Of a stretch of DNA of 31,718 bases, positions 16,069-23,715 are shown piece after piece (the first letter of the stretch is position 1; each line of letters starts with the position of its first letter). The position numbers and the translations under genes are program-made. The notes beneath the pieces are model-generated. The model was not told the DNA's origin, ran no database searches, and saw only the letters and a program-made list of their open reading frames with translations. This DNA comes from an uncultured Gammaproteobacteria bacterium (GTDB lineage Bacteria > Patescibacteriota > Patescibacteriia > UBA2169): assembly GCA_964642355.1 (NCBI GenBank), contig CAZXOU010000001.1:1-31718 (forward strand), written 5' to 3'.

Positions 16069-16180
16069 AAAAAGCCTCCAAGCGGAGGCTTTTTGTATCA
16101 AACGATTTCTATTTAAAAGCTTCCACTCATAGAGGGCTGATAATCTTAATAATGCTAATAATATTTCTTGTGGAAGTCAT
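16069..16180 (-). promoter_or_regulatory. Isoleucine-responsive transcriptional attenuator
   Basis: Leader ORF plus mutually exclusive helices: 1:2 CUUCCAC/GUGGAAG, 2:3 GUGGAAGCUUUU/AAAAGCCUCCGC, 3:4 terminator AAAAAGCCUCC-GCUU-GGAGGCUUUUU. Confidence 0.8.
16127..16180 (-). CDS. Leader peptide MTSTRNIISIIKIISPL
   Basis: ATG ACT TCC ACA AGA AAT ATT ATT AGC ATT ATT AAG ATT ATC AGC CCT CTA TGA; below the ORF-track size cutoff. Confidence 0.78.
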   Translation of the reverse strand: MTSTRNIISIIKIISPL

Positions 16181-16191
16181 ATAATGTATAT

Positions 16192-16220
16192 ATACTAATC
16201 TATTACATAAAATCAGTCAA
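16192..16220 (-). promoter_or_regulatory. Promoter for the attenuator leader
   Basis: TTGACT (16220-16215), 17 nt, TAGTAT (16197-16192). Confidence 0.7.
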
Positions 16221-16223
16221 CAC

Positions 16224-16252
16224 TTGCATTTTGTGGAAAACTATAGTATACT
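16224..16252 (+). promoter_or_regulatory. rpmE promoter
   Basis: TTGCAT, 17 nt, TATACT. Confidence 0.7.
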
Positions 16253-16268
16253 ATTCTGGTAATTAATT

Positions 16269-16580
16269 ATGAAAAAAGACATTCACCCAACCTATCATAC
16301 TGATGCAAAAGTTGTTTGCGCATGTGGCAACAAGTTTTCTACTGGATCTACCCAAAAGGAAATTCACACAGAAATATGTGCAAATTGCCATCCTTTTTAT
16401 ACTGGTAAACAAAATTTAATTGACACAGCAGGGCGTGTTGAGCGTTTTGAGGCTATGGTAAAAAAGACTGGGGATCTAAAAAGCAATGCTAAAAAATCTA
16501 AGTCAGAAGGTAAAGTTGATAAACAGCTTAATAATAAAGCAAAACTAGAAAAAATAAAAGCAGCTTTGGATAACAAATAA
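16269..16580 (+). CDS. rpmE: 50S ribosomal protein L31 (Zn-binding type) with Lys-rich tail
   Basis: [27 protein letters not shown]. Confidence 0.96.
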   Translation: MKKDIHPTYHTDAKVVCACGNKFSTGSTQKEIHTEICANCHPFYTGKQNLIDTAGRVERFEAMVKKTGDLKSNAKKSKSEGKVDKQLNNKAKLEKIKAALDNK

Positions 16581-16594
16581 CTAAATTAAATTTA

Positions 16595-16626
16595 AAAAAC
16601 CGCTTCATTTAACATGGGCGGTTTTT
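16595..16626 (+). terminator. Terminator-like hairpin between rpmE and prfA
   Basis: AAAAACCGC...GCGGTTTTT with inner CAT/ATG pairing. Confidence 0.65.
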
Positions 16627-16634
16627 ATGCATCT

Positions 16635-17696
16635 ATGATAGACCAAATTAAAAAACTTAAATCGCGCCTTAAAGAACTTGAACAAAAACTTCAATCAACA
16701 GAAGTATCTTCTGATACAAAAAAACTTCAAGAACTTTCCCAAGAGTACAGCGATCTAAAAGAAAAAACAGAGCTTGCGGATAAATATGAATCTATAGAAA
16801 AATCATTAGCAGAAGCCCAGTCTACAAAAGCAGAATCAGATGACACAGAAATGGTACAATTAGCAGAAGAAGAAATTCCAAAATTGACCAAACAAAAATC
16901 TGAAATAGAGCGTGAACTTACTGTAGCGCTTTTGCCTCAAGACCCAAATGACAAAAAAAATATTATTGTAGAAATAAGGGCGGCAGCAGGCGGAGATGAA
17001 TCTGCTTTATTTGCAGCAGAGCTGTTTAGAATGTATTCACAGTATGCAACAGAAAAAAAATGGCAAACTAATCTTCTATCTACCAGCAGAATTGGAATTG
17101 GCGGATATAAAGAAGTTACTTTTGAAATAAAAGGACATAATGCATATTCATTTTTAAAATATGAATCTGGAGTTCACCGCGTGCAAAGAGTACCAGAAAC
17201 AGAAAAATCCGGAAGAGTTCATACCTCTACAGCAACTGTTGCAGTTATGCCAGAGGTTGAGGAGATTGATTCAGAAATAGATCCTAAAGATTTAAAAATA
17301 GAAACCTCTACCTCTACTGGACATGGAGGGCAATCTGTTAATACTACTTACTCCGCAATTAGGATGACCCATATTCCAACTGGAATTACTGTTTCTATGC
17401 AGGACGAAAAATCCCAACAGCAAAACAGAATAAAAGCTATGACAGTAATGAGCACTCGTGTAAACGCGCATTACGAAGCCATTCGCGCAAAGGAAGAGTC
17501 TGATACGCGCCGCAGTCAAATTGGTTCTGGAGATAGGAGCGAAAAAATAAGAACATATAATTTTCCACAAGACAGATTAACAGATCATCGGATTAAACAA
17601 AACTGGCATGGTTTAGATGCAATTATGGATGGTAAAATTGATCCAATAATCACATCACTCCGAGACGAAGATATAAAGCAAAAGCTTAAGGTATGA
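16635..17696 (+). CDS. prfA: Peptide chain release factor 1
   Basis: EIRAAAGG, GVHRVQRVP, PET/HTST region, GHGGQSVNT, DRSEKIRTYN; start moved to MIDQIK. Confidence 0.96.
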   Translation: MIDQIKKLKSRLKELEQKLQSTEVSSDTKKLQELSQEYSDLKEKTELADKYESIEKSLAEAQSTKAESDDTEMVQLAEEEIPKLTKQKSEIERELTVALLPQDPNDKKNIIVEIRAAAGGDESALFAAELFRMYSQYATEKKWQTNLLSTSRIGIGGYKEVTFEIKGHNAYSFLKYESGVHRVQRVPETEKSGRVHTSTATVAVMPEVEEIDSEIDPKDLKIETSTSTGHGGQSVNTTYSAIRMTHIPTGITVSMQDEKSQQQNRIKAMTVMSTRVNAHYEAIRAKEESDTRRSQIGSGDRSEKIRTYNFPQDRLTDHRIKQNWHGLDAIMDGKIDPIITSLRDEDIKQKLKV

Positions 17697-18541
17697 AAAT
17701 ACAGGAATTATTAATTCAGACTTTACCAAAACTTAACCACCTCAAATCTAGCCACTTAGATCTTGAGGTGATTTTGTCTTATGTGATTAATAAGACTCGT
17801 GAATACATACTTTCACATCCAAACGAAACTGTTGCAGATGACAAAGTAAAACAATTTAATGATCTTGTTTCACGCAGAAGTGAACATATTCCAGTTGCAT
17901 ATTTAATTGAGCACAAAGAATTTTATGGTCGCGATTTTTACATTAATGAAAACGTACACATACCTCGCCCAGCTACAGAAGACATGATTGATCTTATAAA
18001 ACAAAAAGTTCCAAATGATTTCGACGGTACTATCGCAGATATTGGAACAGGATCTGGAATTATTGCCATAACTTTAGCCCATGAATTCCCCTGCCTCGCC
18101 GGCAGGCAGGCAAAAGCAAAAATTATAGCAACTGATATTTCGGATGAAGCAATTAAGGTTGCCAAAAAAAATATTAGTGATCATGAGCTTCGAAATCGTA
18201 TTACACTATTGAAAGGAGGCCTTTTATCTCCTGTTGATAAACCAGCTGATATGATTGTTGCAAATCTTCCTTATGGATGGAAAACTGGATGGACAGATGA
18301 CAAAGAAACCTTGCATCAACCAGAAATAGTTTATGATGGAGGCGAAGACGGTCTAGAATTAATTAAAAAACTTATTGATCAACTACCACAATATCTTAAT
18401 GAAAAAGGCCAAGCTTTTTTAGAATTTGACCCAAGGCAAACTACTGAATTAGCCAAGGCGCTAGATCAATCAAAATATAATTTTGAAATTATAAAAGACA
18501 GCGAAGCTCACTCTAGAATATTGCATTTGAATAATTTTTAA
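17693..18541 (+). CDS. prmC: Release factor glutamine methyltransferase, with a 7-aa insertion
   Basis: HIPRPATE, DIGTGSG, ANLPY; ATGA overlap with prfA. Confidence 0.92.
   Translation: MKIQELLIQTLPKLNHLKSSHLDLEVILSYVINKTREYILSHPNETVADDKVKQFNDLVSRRSEHIPVAYLIEHKEFYGRDFYINENVHIPRPATEDMIDLIKQKVPNDFDGTIADIGTGSGIIAITLAHEFPCLAGRQAKAKIIATDISDEAIKVAKKNISDHELRNRITLLKGGLLSPVDKPADMIVANLPYGWKTGWTDDKETLHQPEIVYDGGEDGLELIKKLIDQLPQYLNEKGQAFLEFDPRQTTELAKALDQSKYNFEIIKDSEAHSRILHLNNF
18090..18110. repeat. 21-nt palindromic element inserted in frame in prmC
   Basis: CCTGCCT-CGCCGGC-AGGCAGG; removing it gives EFP-KAKIIATD. Confidence 0.75.
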
Positions 18542-18599
18542 AACCAGTTATAATATAAGCGCCGCTGGTTTCATTTTAATTCTCCAGTAAGGAGGAAAA

Positions 18600-18908
18600 A
18601 TGGAAGCTACAATGTTGTTTCAAAATAAGAGCACTGACCCTTGCTCACTAACCCAGCAGGTTGAGGACCTGCGAAAAATAATACGCCAAACAAATTGGCA
18701 CACGCACAACGTTCGCCTATCATTGCATTGTAAGGATGGAGATCCAACAAGATTCCTTTTTCGAGATCTTTATACTGTCTATGCGATAGGAGAAGATACA
18801 ATTTTTATAGAGGCCGCAACTGTTGGGGAGGAGTTAATAAAAGATGATTTTTCAAATATCAGGCTACTGGTTTATTCAACAGAGCAAAAACAGAAGTCGA
18901 CAAATTAA
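18600..18908 (+). CDS. Hypothetical protein, 102 aa
   Basis: SD AAGGAGG 5 nt before ATG; promoter TTGAAT-16-TATAAT at 18527-18554. Confidence 0.65.
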   Translation: MEATMLFQNKSTDPCSLTQQVEDLRKIIRQTNWHTHNVRLSLHCKDGDPTRFLFRDLYTVYAIGEDTIFIEAATVGEELIKDDFSNIRLLVYSTEQKQKSTN

Positions 18909-18957
18909 CACCCTAGGGAGGGATCATGTTTTTCACGCAAACTAAAACCAACGGCAA

Positions 18958-19001
18958 GACCCCATAACGTAATACAGCACAAAGCGTTATGGGGTTCTTT
19001 T
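18958..19001 (+). terminator. Intrinsic terminator
   Basis: GACCCCATAACG/CGTTATGGGGTT stem, then CTTTT. Confidence 0.7.
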
Positions 19002-20094
19002 ATTCGTAAGAGACTACTCGTTTTCCTGGAACAAGTTCTACCCATGTCTGTCCACGCACAAGTGTAATTGGCTCGCCTAACTCGTTTAGCCATTGGGTTT
19101 GATCATCACGAAATTCTTTTTTCCAAGTACCCTCGATCAATTCCCCATTTTGGAACAACATCATTTCGCCCTCGCCTACCATATCTATTTTTATCCTACC
19201 ATATCCGCTTGGATAGTATCCCTCTCGCGGTACTCTTTGTATAATTATATTTGCTGGGGAAATTTGTTCGTTAATTGCATAATCTATATGTGCAATACCC
19301 CCCATAAATCTTTTGTAATTATTATTTACAGGATCATACTCATAATTTGCATCAAAATCTATATTTTCTGAAAAATCCACATAAACACTATTTGCAATTA
19401 CATCATTTTCTGTAGAATCAAAAGATTCAGAATCTGACAAATCCCAATTCCATAATAATTTTTCGCGAGGAAGAGATGTCAATTCAAAATCTTCTATACC
19501 AAGATCTATTAAACTAGCGGAAGTAAATAGATTATGAGGGCGAGGAACATCATTATCTCGCCAAAAATATCTAATACCTAGTCCAGATATTTCATTTAAA
19601 TCAATAACATCAGTTTTAGGAATCAGATCAAGCCCTTCGGGCGAGCCTCCTGCATGCCAAAAAAACGCGCTCCATCCGCTTGCAATTTCAACAACATAAG
19701 GCCGCGCGCTGCGAATTGGCCCAATTCTGTCTCCTTCTGGCGCACCATTATATAATCCAGCAAATCTTGTTGCCCCACCCTCTGCTAATACCTCATAAAC
19801 CACCAATGCTTCGTTTAATCCATTTTGGTAAATTTGCGCATCTGGATGATTGTCAAACATTATAAATACAGGATAATTTGATGAATCAGCAAATAACTCT
19901 TTTGGCTCTGTTTCTTTATCATCATTTACTAAAATATCCTGCAAAGAACTTCCTGACCCTCCTCCAATACCTCCAAAAATCTTAAAGCTAAAAAACCATA
20001 AGCTTGCAATTACCAATACAAAAACACCAATGCCAACATATTGAGGACGCTTTTTAACGGGACCTGTCGGGCGTATGGTGTTTTTGTTCTGCAT
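19000..20094 (-). CDS. DUF3048-family membrane-anchored protein (YerB-like)
   Basis: N-terminal TM segment; IMFDNHPDA, VYEVLAEGGATRF, GPIRSARPY, HAGGS. Confidence 0.85.
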   Translation of the reverse strand: MQNKNTIRPTGPVKKRPQYVGIGVFVLVIASLWFFSFKIFGGIGGGSGSSLQDILVNDDKETEPKELFADSSNYPVFIMFDNHPDAQIYQNGLNEALVVYEVLAEGGATRFAGLYNGAPEGDRIGPIRSARPYVVEIASGWSAFFWHAGGSPEGLDLIPKTDVIDLNEISGLGIRYFWRDNDVPRPHNLFTSASLIDLGIEDFELTSLPREKLLWNWDLSDSESFDSTENDVIANSVYVDFSENIDFDANYEYDPVNNNYKRFMGGIAHIDYAINEQISPANIIIQRVPREGYYPSGYGRIKIDMVGEGEMMLFQNGELIEGTWKKEFRDDQTQWLNELGEPITLVRGQTWVELVPGKRVVSYE

Positions 20095-20117
20095 ACATAG
20101 AGTATATCACTCTATGT
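20095..20117. promoter_or_regulatory. Operator-like palindrome over the -10 of the DUF3048 promoter
   Basis: ACATAGAGT-n5-ACTCTATGT; minus-strand TTTATA-17-TATACT, then 6 nt to ATG. Confidence 0.45.
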
Positions 20118-20135
20118 TAGAACTATAAAGTACTT

Positions 20136-20888
20136 TTATTCCTTTTTATCGTCACTCTTGGAATCATCTGTTGGCTTAGCATCTTCTGCATCAGGCTTTT
20201 CATCGCCGTCTCCAGATTCAGCATCACCTTCGGCACCTTCCTCACCTTCTTCATCTTTCTTTTCTGTTGTAACTTCTGGGCCTTCGCCATCTTTTACCTC
20301 TTCATCAAGTTGAGCAATTTCCTCTTCACTTCGAGGTTCTATTACACTGGCAACAATTGCCCTAGGATCAAGGTTAGTTACAACTCCTTCTGGAAGCTGT
20401 AGATCTTCAATTCTGATTACATCAGTAAATGTTTTTAATGACTCAATAGATACCTCAAGATTATTAATTAAATCATTTGGTAAAGATTCAATTGCAAGTT
20501 TATCAAACTGTTTTACTAAAATACCAGATAAATCTTATACTGCAGGGGCCTCGCCTGTAAACTCTAAAGGAATATCTGTATGAAGTTTTTTATCCATTCG
20601 AACTTGATACAAATCAATATGCTCGTAATTTCCTGTTACTGAATCTGTTTGAATATTTTGAATAATAGCTTTAACACTTTCTTTTTCTCCGGCGACCTGA
20701 ACATCAAACAATGCAGAAGCTTTTGCAAGTTTTTTAAGCTGGGTAATCTGATTTTCAGTTACCATAAAATGACGGTTATCAATATGATCTCCATATATAA
20801 CTCCTGGCACAAGAGATTCTTTTCTCTCTTTGCGTGCACTAGCAGTACCTTTTGTCTCTCTTAATTTTAGTTCAATAACATCAGCCAT
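20136..20888 (-). pseudogene. rplY: 50S ribosomal protein L25/Ctc with one in-frame TAA (20535-20537)
   Basis: VPGVIYG, HIDLY, IPLEFTGEAPAV*DLSGILV; the frame continues through the Ctc C-domain and an acidic tail to TAA at 20136. Confidence 0.85.
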
Positions 20889-20895
20889 ATTTTTT

Positions 20896-21243
20896 CTAAT
20901 CTAATAATTTAGTAACGTCTCCCTTTGCAAGCATTTCATAAGCTTCTATCACATCATCTTCTGTTACAGGATCAGCCAATTTATATCGCATAACATCTGG
21001 TCCTGTTAAATCTGTTATCAATCCAACACTAGATACTCCTATGCCGCCAGTAATAATTACTGCGACAATAGAACTTTTACATGTCCTACATTCAACATGT
21101 ATCAAATGAGCTCCGTCCTTTTCCTCTAAAACCTTTGCTTCGCTAGGATTATAATGAGTATTACAAAGAGGACAATACGAGATTAATCTCAAATTTTCTA
21201 AAGAAGATGAAGAATTGTGATAGTTCGCATTTTGGTTTGACAT
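20896..21243 (-). CDS. Hypothetical Zn-binding protein (CPLC...CRTC)
   Basis: Two CxxC motifs; promoter TTGACC-17-TATACT at 21295-21267; 7 nt upstream of rplY. Confidence 0.75.
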   Translation of the reverse strand: MSNQNANYHNSSSSLENLRLISYCPLCNTHYNPSEAKVLEEKDGAHLIHVECRTCKSSIVAVIITGGIGVSSVGLITDLTGPDVMRYKLADPVTEDDVIEAYEMLAKGDVTKLLD

Positions 21244-21310
21244 GTAATTGATAATTACGTAGAGCCAGTATAACCTAAAAGGAGATTCTGGTCAAGCCCC
21301 CAAGTTAAGT

Positions 21311-22387
21311 TTAAGTTCTTGCATTCATAATAACTCCTAAGCTTAAAAAACTTACAACCAAAGAGCTTCCGCCATAACTTACAAAGGGTAATGGAATCCC
21401 GGTGACTGGGAAAAGTCCCATATTCATCCCAATATTTATCACAGCCTGAGAAAGAAACATTACAAACACACCTAAAAGCAAAAAATTAGAAAAAGGCTGT
21501 GTTCCGTTTCGCATTACTATATATAGTCTCCATAAAAAGAATATATATACGAGCAACATCAAAGAAGATCCCACAAATCCCAATTCCTCCGCAATTGAAG
21601 CAAAAATAAAATCAGTCTCTTGTTATGGTAAAAAATTTAGCTGGCTTTGCGTTCCAAGCCCAATCCCCCTGCCCCAAAATCCCCCAGAACCAATTGCTAC
21701 AACAGCTTGTGTTACATTATATCCAGCACCTAAAGGATCTGACTGTGGATTTATAAAAGTCCCAATTCTCTCTTTTTGATAATCGCGTAAAACACCAAAC
21801 CAACCAAACGCGATAATTACTAGCCCTACTAAGGTTAAAACTAATAACTTTTTTTTATCAAGCCCTGTATAAAGAACCATAATTCCAGCAGACAATAATA
21901 TAATAAACGCAGATCCTAGATCTGGCTGCAAAATTGTTAACAAAGCAGGTATGCCAATAATTACTAATACTAAAACAACGTCTTTAAATTTTACCAAATC
22001 AAAATGCAATCGTTCTAGTGTTGTTGCTAAAAATAATATTGTGGCAAGCTTTGCAAATTCCGCAGGCTGAAATCCAAGCCCTCCAATCACAATCCATCCA
22101 CGCACACCACGCGTTGCCTCTCCAAAAATTATTAATCCCACCAAAAGCAAAACAACTACAACATAAAAAATAATTGAGGCATTTCTCCAAAAATGAATAT
22201 CAAAAAACTGAACTCCTACGAGTACAGCAAAACCAATTCCTAAAAATATTATCTGCTTAACAAATCTAGAACTATCTGATCGTGTTAAACTGTGAATTAA
22301 CAAAAGCCCAAAGCCAGATAAACAAAAACTTGCCCCAACCATCCACCAATCAATGCGCCTATAAGCCTCAAATAGCGTAATTCTCAT
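21311..22387 (-). pseudogene. rodA: Rod shape-determining SEDS protein RodA with one in-frame TAA (21623-21625)
   Basis: QPAEFAK, QPDLG, GYNVTQ..AIGSGG, NFLP*QETDFIF..IAEELG, GIPLPFVSYGGSS all in one frame. Confidence 0.85.
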
Positions 22388-22398
22388 ACCGTGTTGCT

Positions 22399-23289
22399 CT
22401 AAAATCGAATATTTCCGCTTTCAGGTAATCTGAAAACATCTTCATCTAAATAATTTGACAATGGATATAATACAATTTGCGATGACCGACTTAAGCTTCT
22501 TAGCCATCTCTGGTCAATATTTATAGTTTTTCCAGACATAACTTCATCAATATTAACAATTGAACTTGCCAAGGCTTGTCCGCTAATCCTTTCTAACACC
22601 AAAAGAAATCTTGTACCTACTAAATTAAATTTACTGGTATTGTGCAGGGTAATGCTAATATCAGTTACTCCAGATCTAGAAAAAATATCTGTATCTATAA
22701 CCTTTAAAGTATCTCTTATGTGCTGTGCGCGATCAAGTTTATTTTGATCTGTAAAACGCAACCAATTAATAGATGTTTCAATATCTATATCAGTTGGCAA
22801 TTGGCTTACTGTAGCGCCCAATACAGCTAGTGCTGTGGTCTGCCCCGGCAAAACAGGCGTGGTTTCGGATACTGTTACACCATCTGACCACGAAAATGAA
22901 TATGTAACATCCATAAGCCAATCTGGATTTGGATTTTCTACATATGCCACAATATCAGCCCTACCTACTTTTGTTGGAGTTGCAGATGATTCACTGATGC
23001 TTGGTACCGCAAACACATTATTTATAATTAAAGGTTTTGGAGCTCGGGCCTTGTGCAATGCCTCTACATTTGATCTTTGCATTGTAATCTCTGAATACAA
23101 AGCTTTATCGTTTTTAGATGAAGAAATGATCTTGCTTACCCCGTAAAAAGTCCATATCCAGAATATTGCATTTATCCCAATAAGTATTCCAACAAGAATT
23201 TTATAAAATAATACCTTATGCGCTTGGTACCAAAAACCAAACTTAAGCATTCTATTTATTGACGGATCTTGATATTGTTGAATAACCAT
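22399..23289 (-). CDS. Hypothetical membrane-anchored protein, 296 aa
   Basis: One N-terminal hydrophobic helix; TG-a-TATAAT 11 nt upstream of ATG. Confidence 0.75.
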   Translation of the reverse strand: MVIQQYQDPSINRMLKFGFWYQAHKVLFYKILVGILIGINAIFWIWTFYGVSKIISSSKNDKALYSEITMQRSNVEALHKARAPKPLIINNVFAVPSISESSATPTKVGRADIVAYVENPNPDWLMDVTYSFSWSDGVTVSETTPVLPGQTTALAVLGATVSQLPTDIDIETSINWLRFTDQNKLDRAQHIRDTLKVIDTDIFSRSGVTDISITLHNTSKFNLVGTRFLLVLERISGQALASSIVNIDEVMSGKTINIDQRWLRSLSRSSQIVLYPLSNYLDEDVFRLPESGNIRF

Positions 23290-23367
23290 AATTCGTGCGT
23301 ATTATATCATATTTTATGAAATACGAATAATTTGCTATACTATGTGTACAACATTAATTAAAAATTT

Positions 23368-23697
23368 ATGCCTCCCATCAACTCACCAGAAGATATATTT
23401 TTTTATGCGATAACTGCTGTCGTTCTAGCTGTTGGATTTTTTTTGAGTTGGACATTATACTACATGGCACTTTCGTTTAGGGACACGCGCAAGGTAACAA
23501 AAGACATTCGCCAACGTGTAGAAACTTTTTGGGAAATGATTGAGCTAGCCCGCGACAAACTACAAGTTGGAGGAGCTGTGTTCAAGGTTGCTGCAACTGG
23601 AATAAAAGAACTTACAGATCACCTAAAGATGTATACCGAAAAAGACGATGAACCAAAAAAGAAAAAGAAAAAAAACAAAGACGATGACGAGGAATAG
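23368..23697 (+). CDS. Small membrane protein (N-terminal TM, coiled coil, charged tail)
   Basis: Hydrophobic residues 9-33; Lys6 and DDDEE tail. Confidence 0.7.
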   Translation: MPPINSPEDIFFYAITAVVLAVGFFLSWTLYYMALSFRDTRKVTKDIRQRVETFWEMIELARDKLQVGGAVFKVAATGIKELTDHLKMYTEKDDEPKKKKKKNKDDDEE

Positions 23698-23715
23698 TAG
23701 TATTGATAAAGCCTT

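Noticed and set aside
18905-19093. 62-aa Cys-containing minus-strand ORF
   Set aside because: It overlaps the DUF3048 3' end in another frame and runs through a terminator; no SD.
20535-21625. Stop-codon reassignment explaining the two internal TAAs
   Set aside because: TAA terminates many intact genes here (serS, gap, thrS), and the two sites imply different residues (Lys and Glu).
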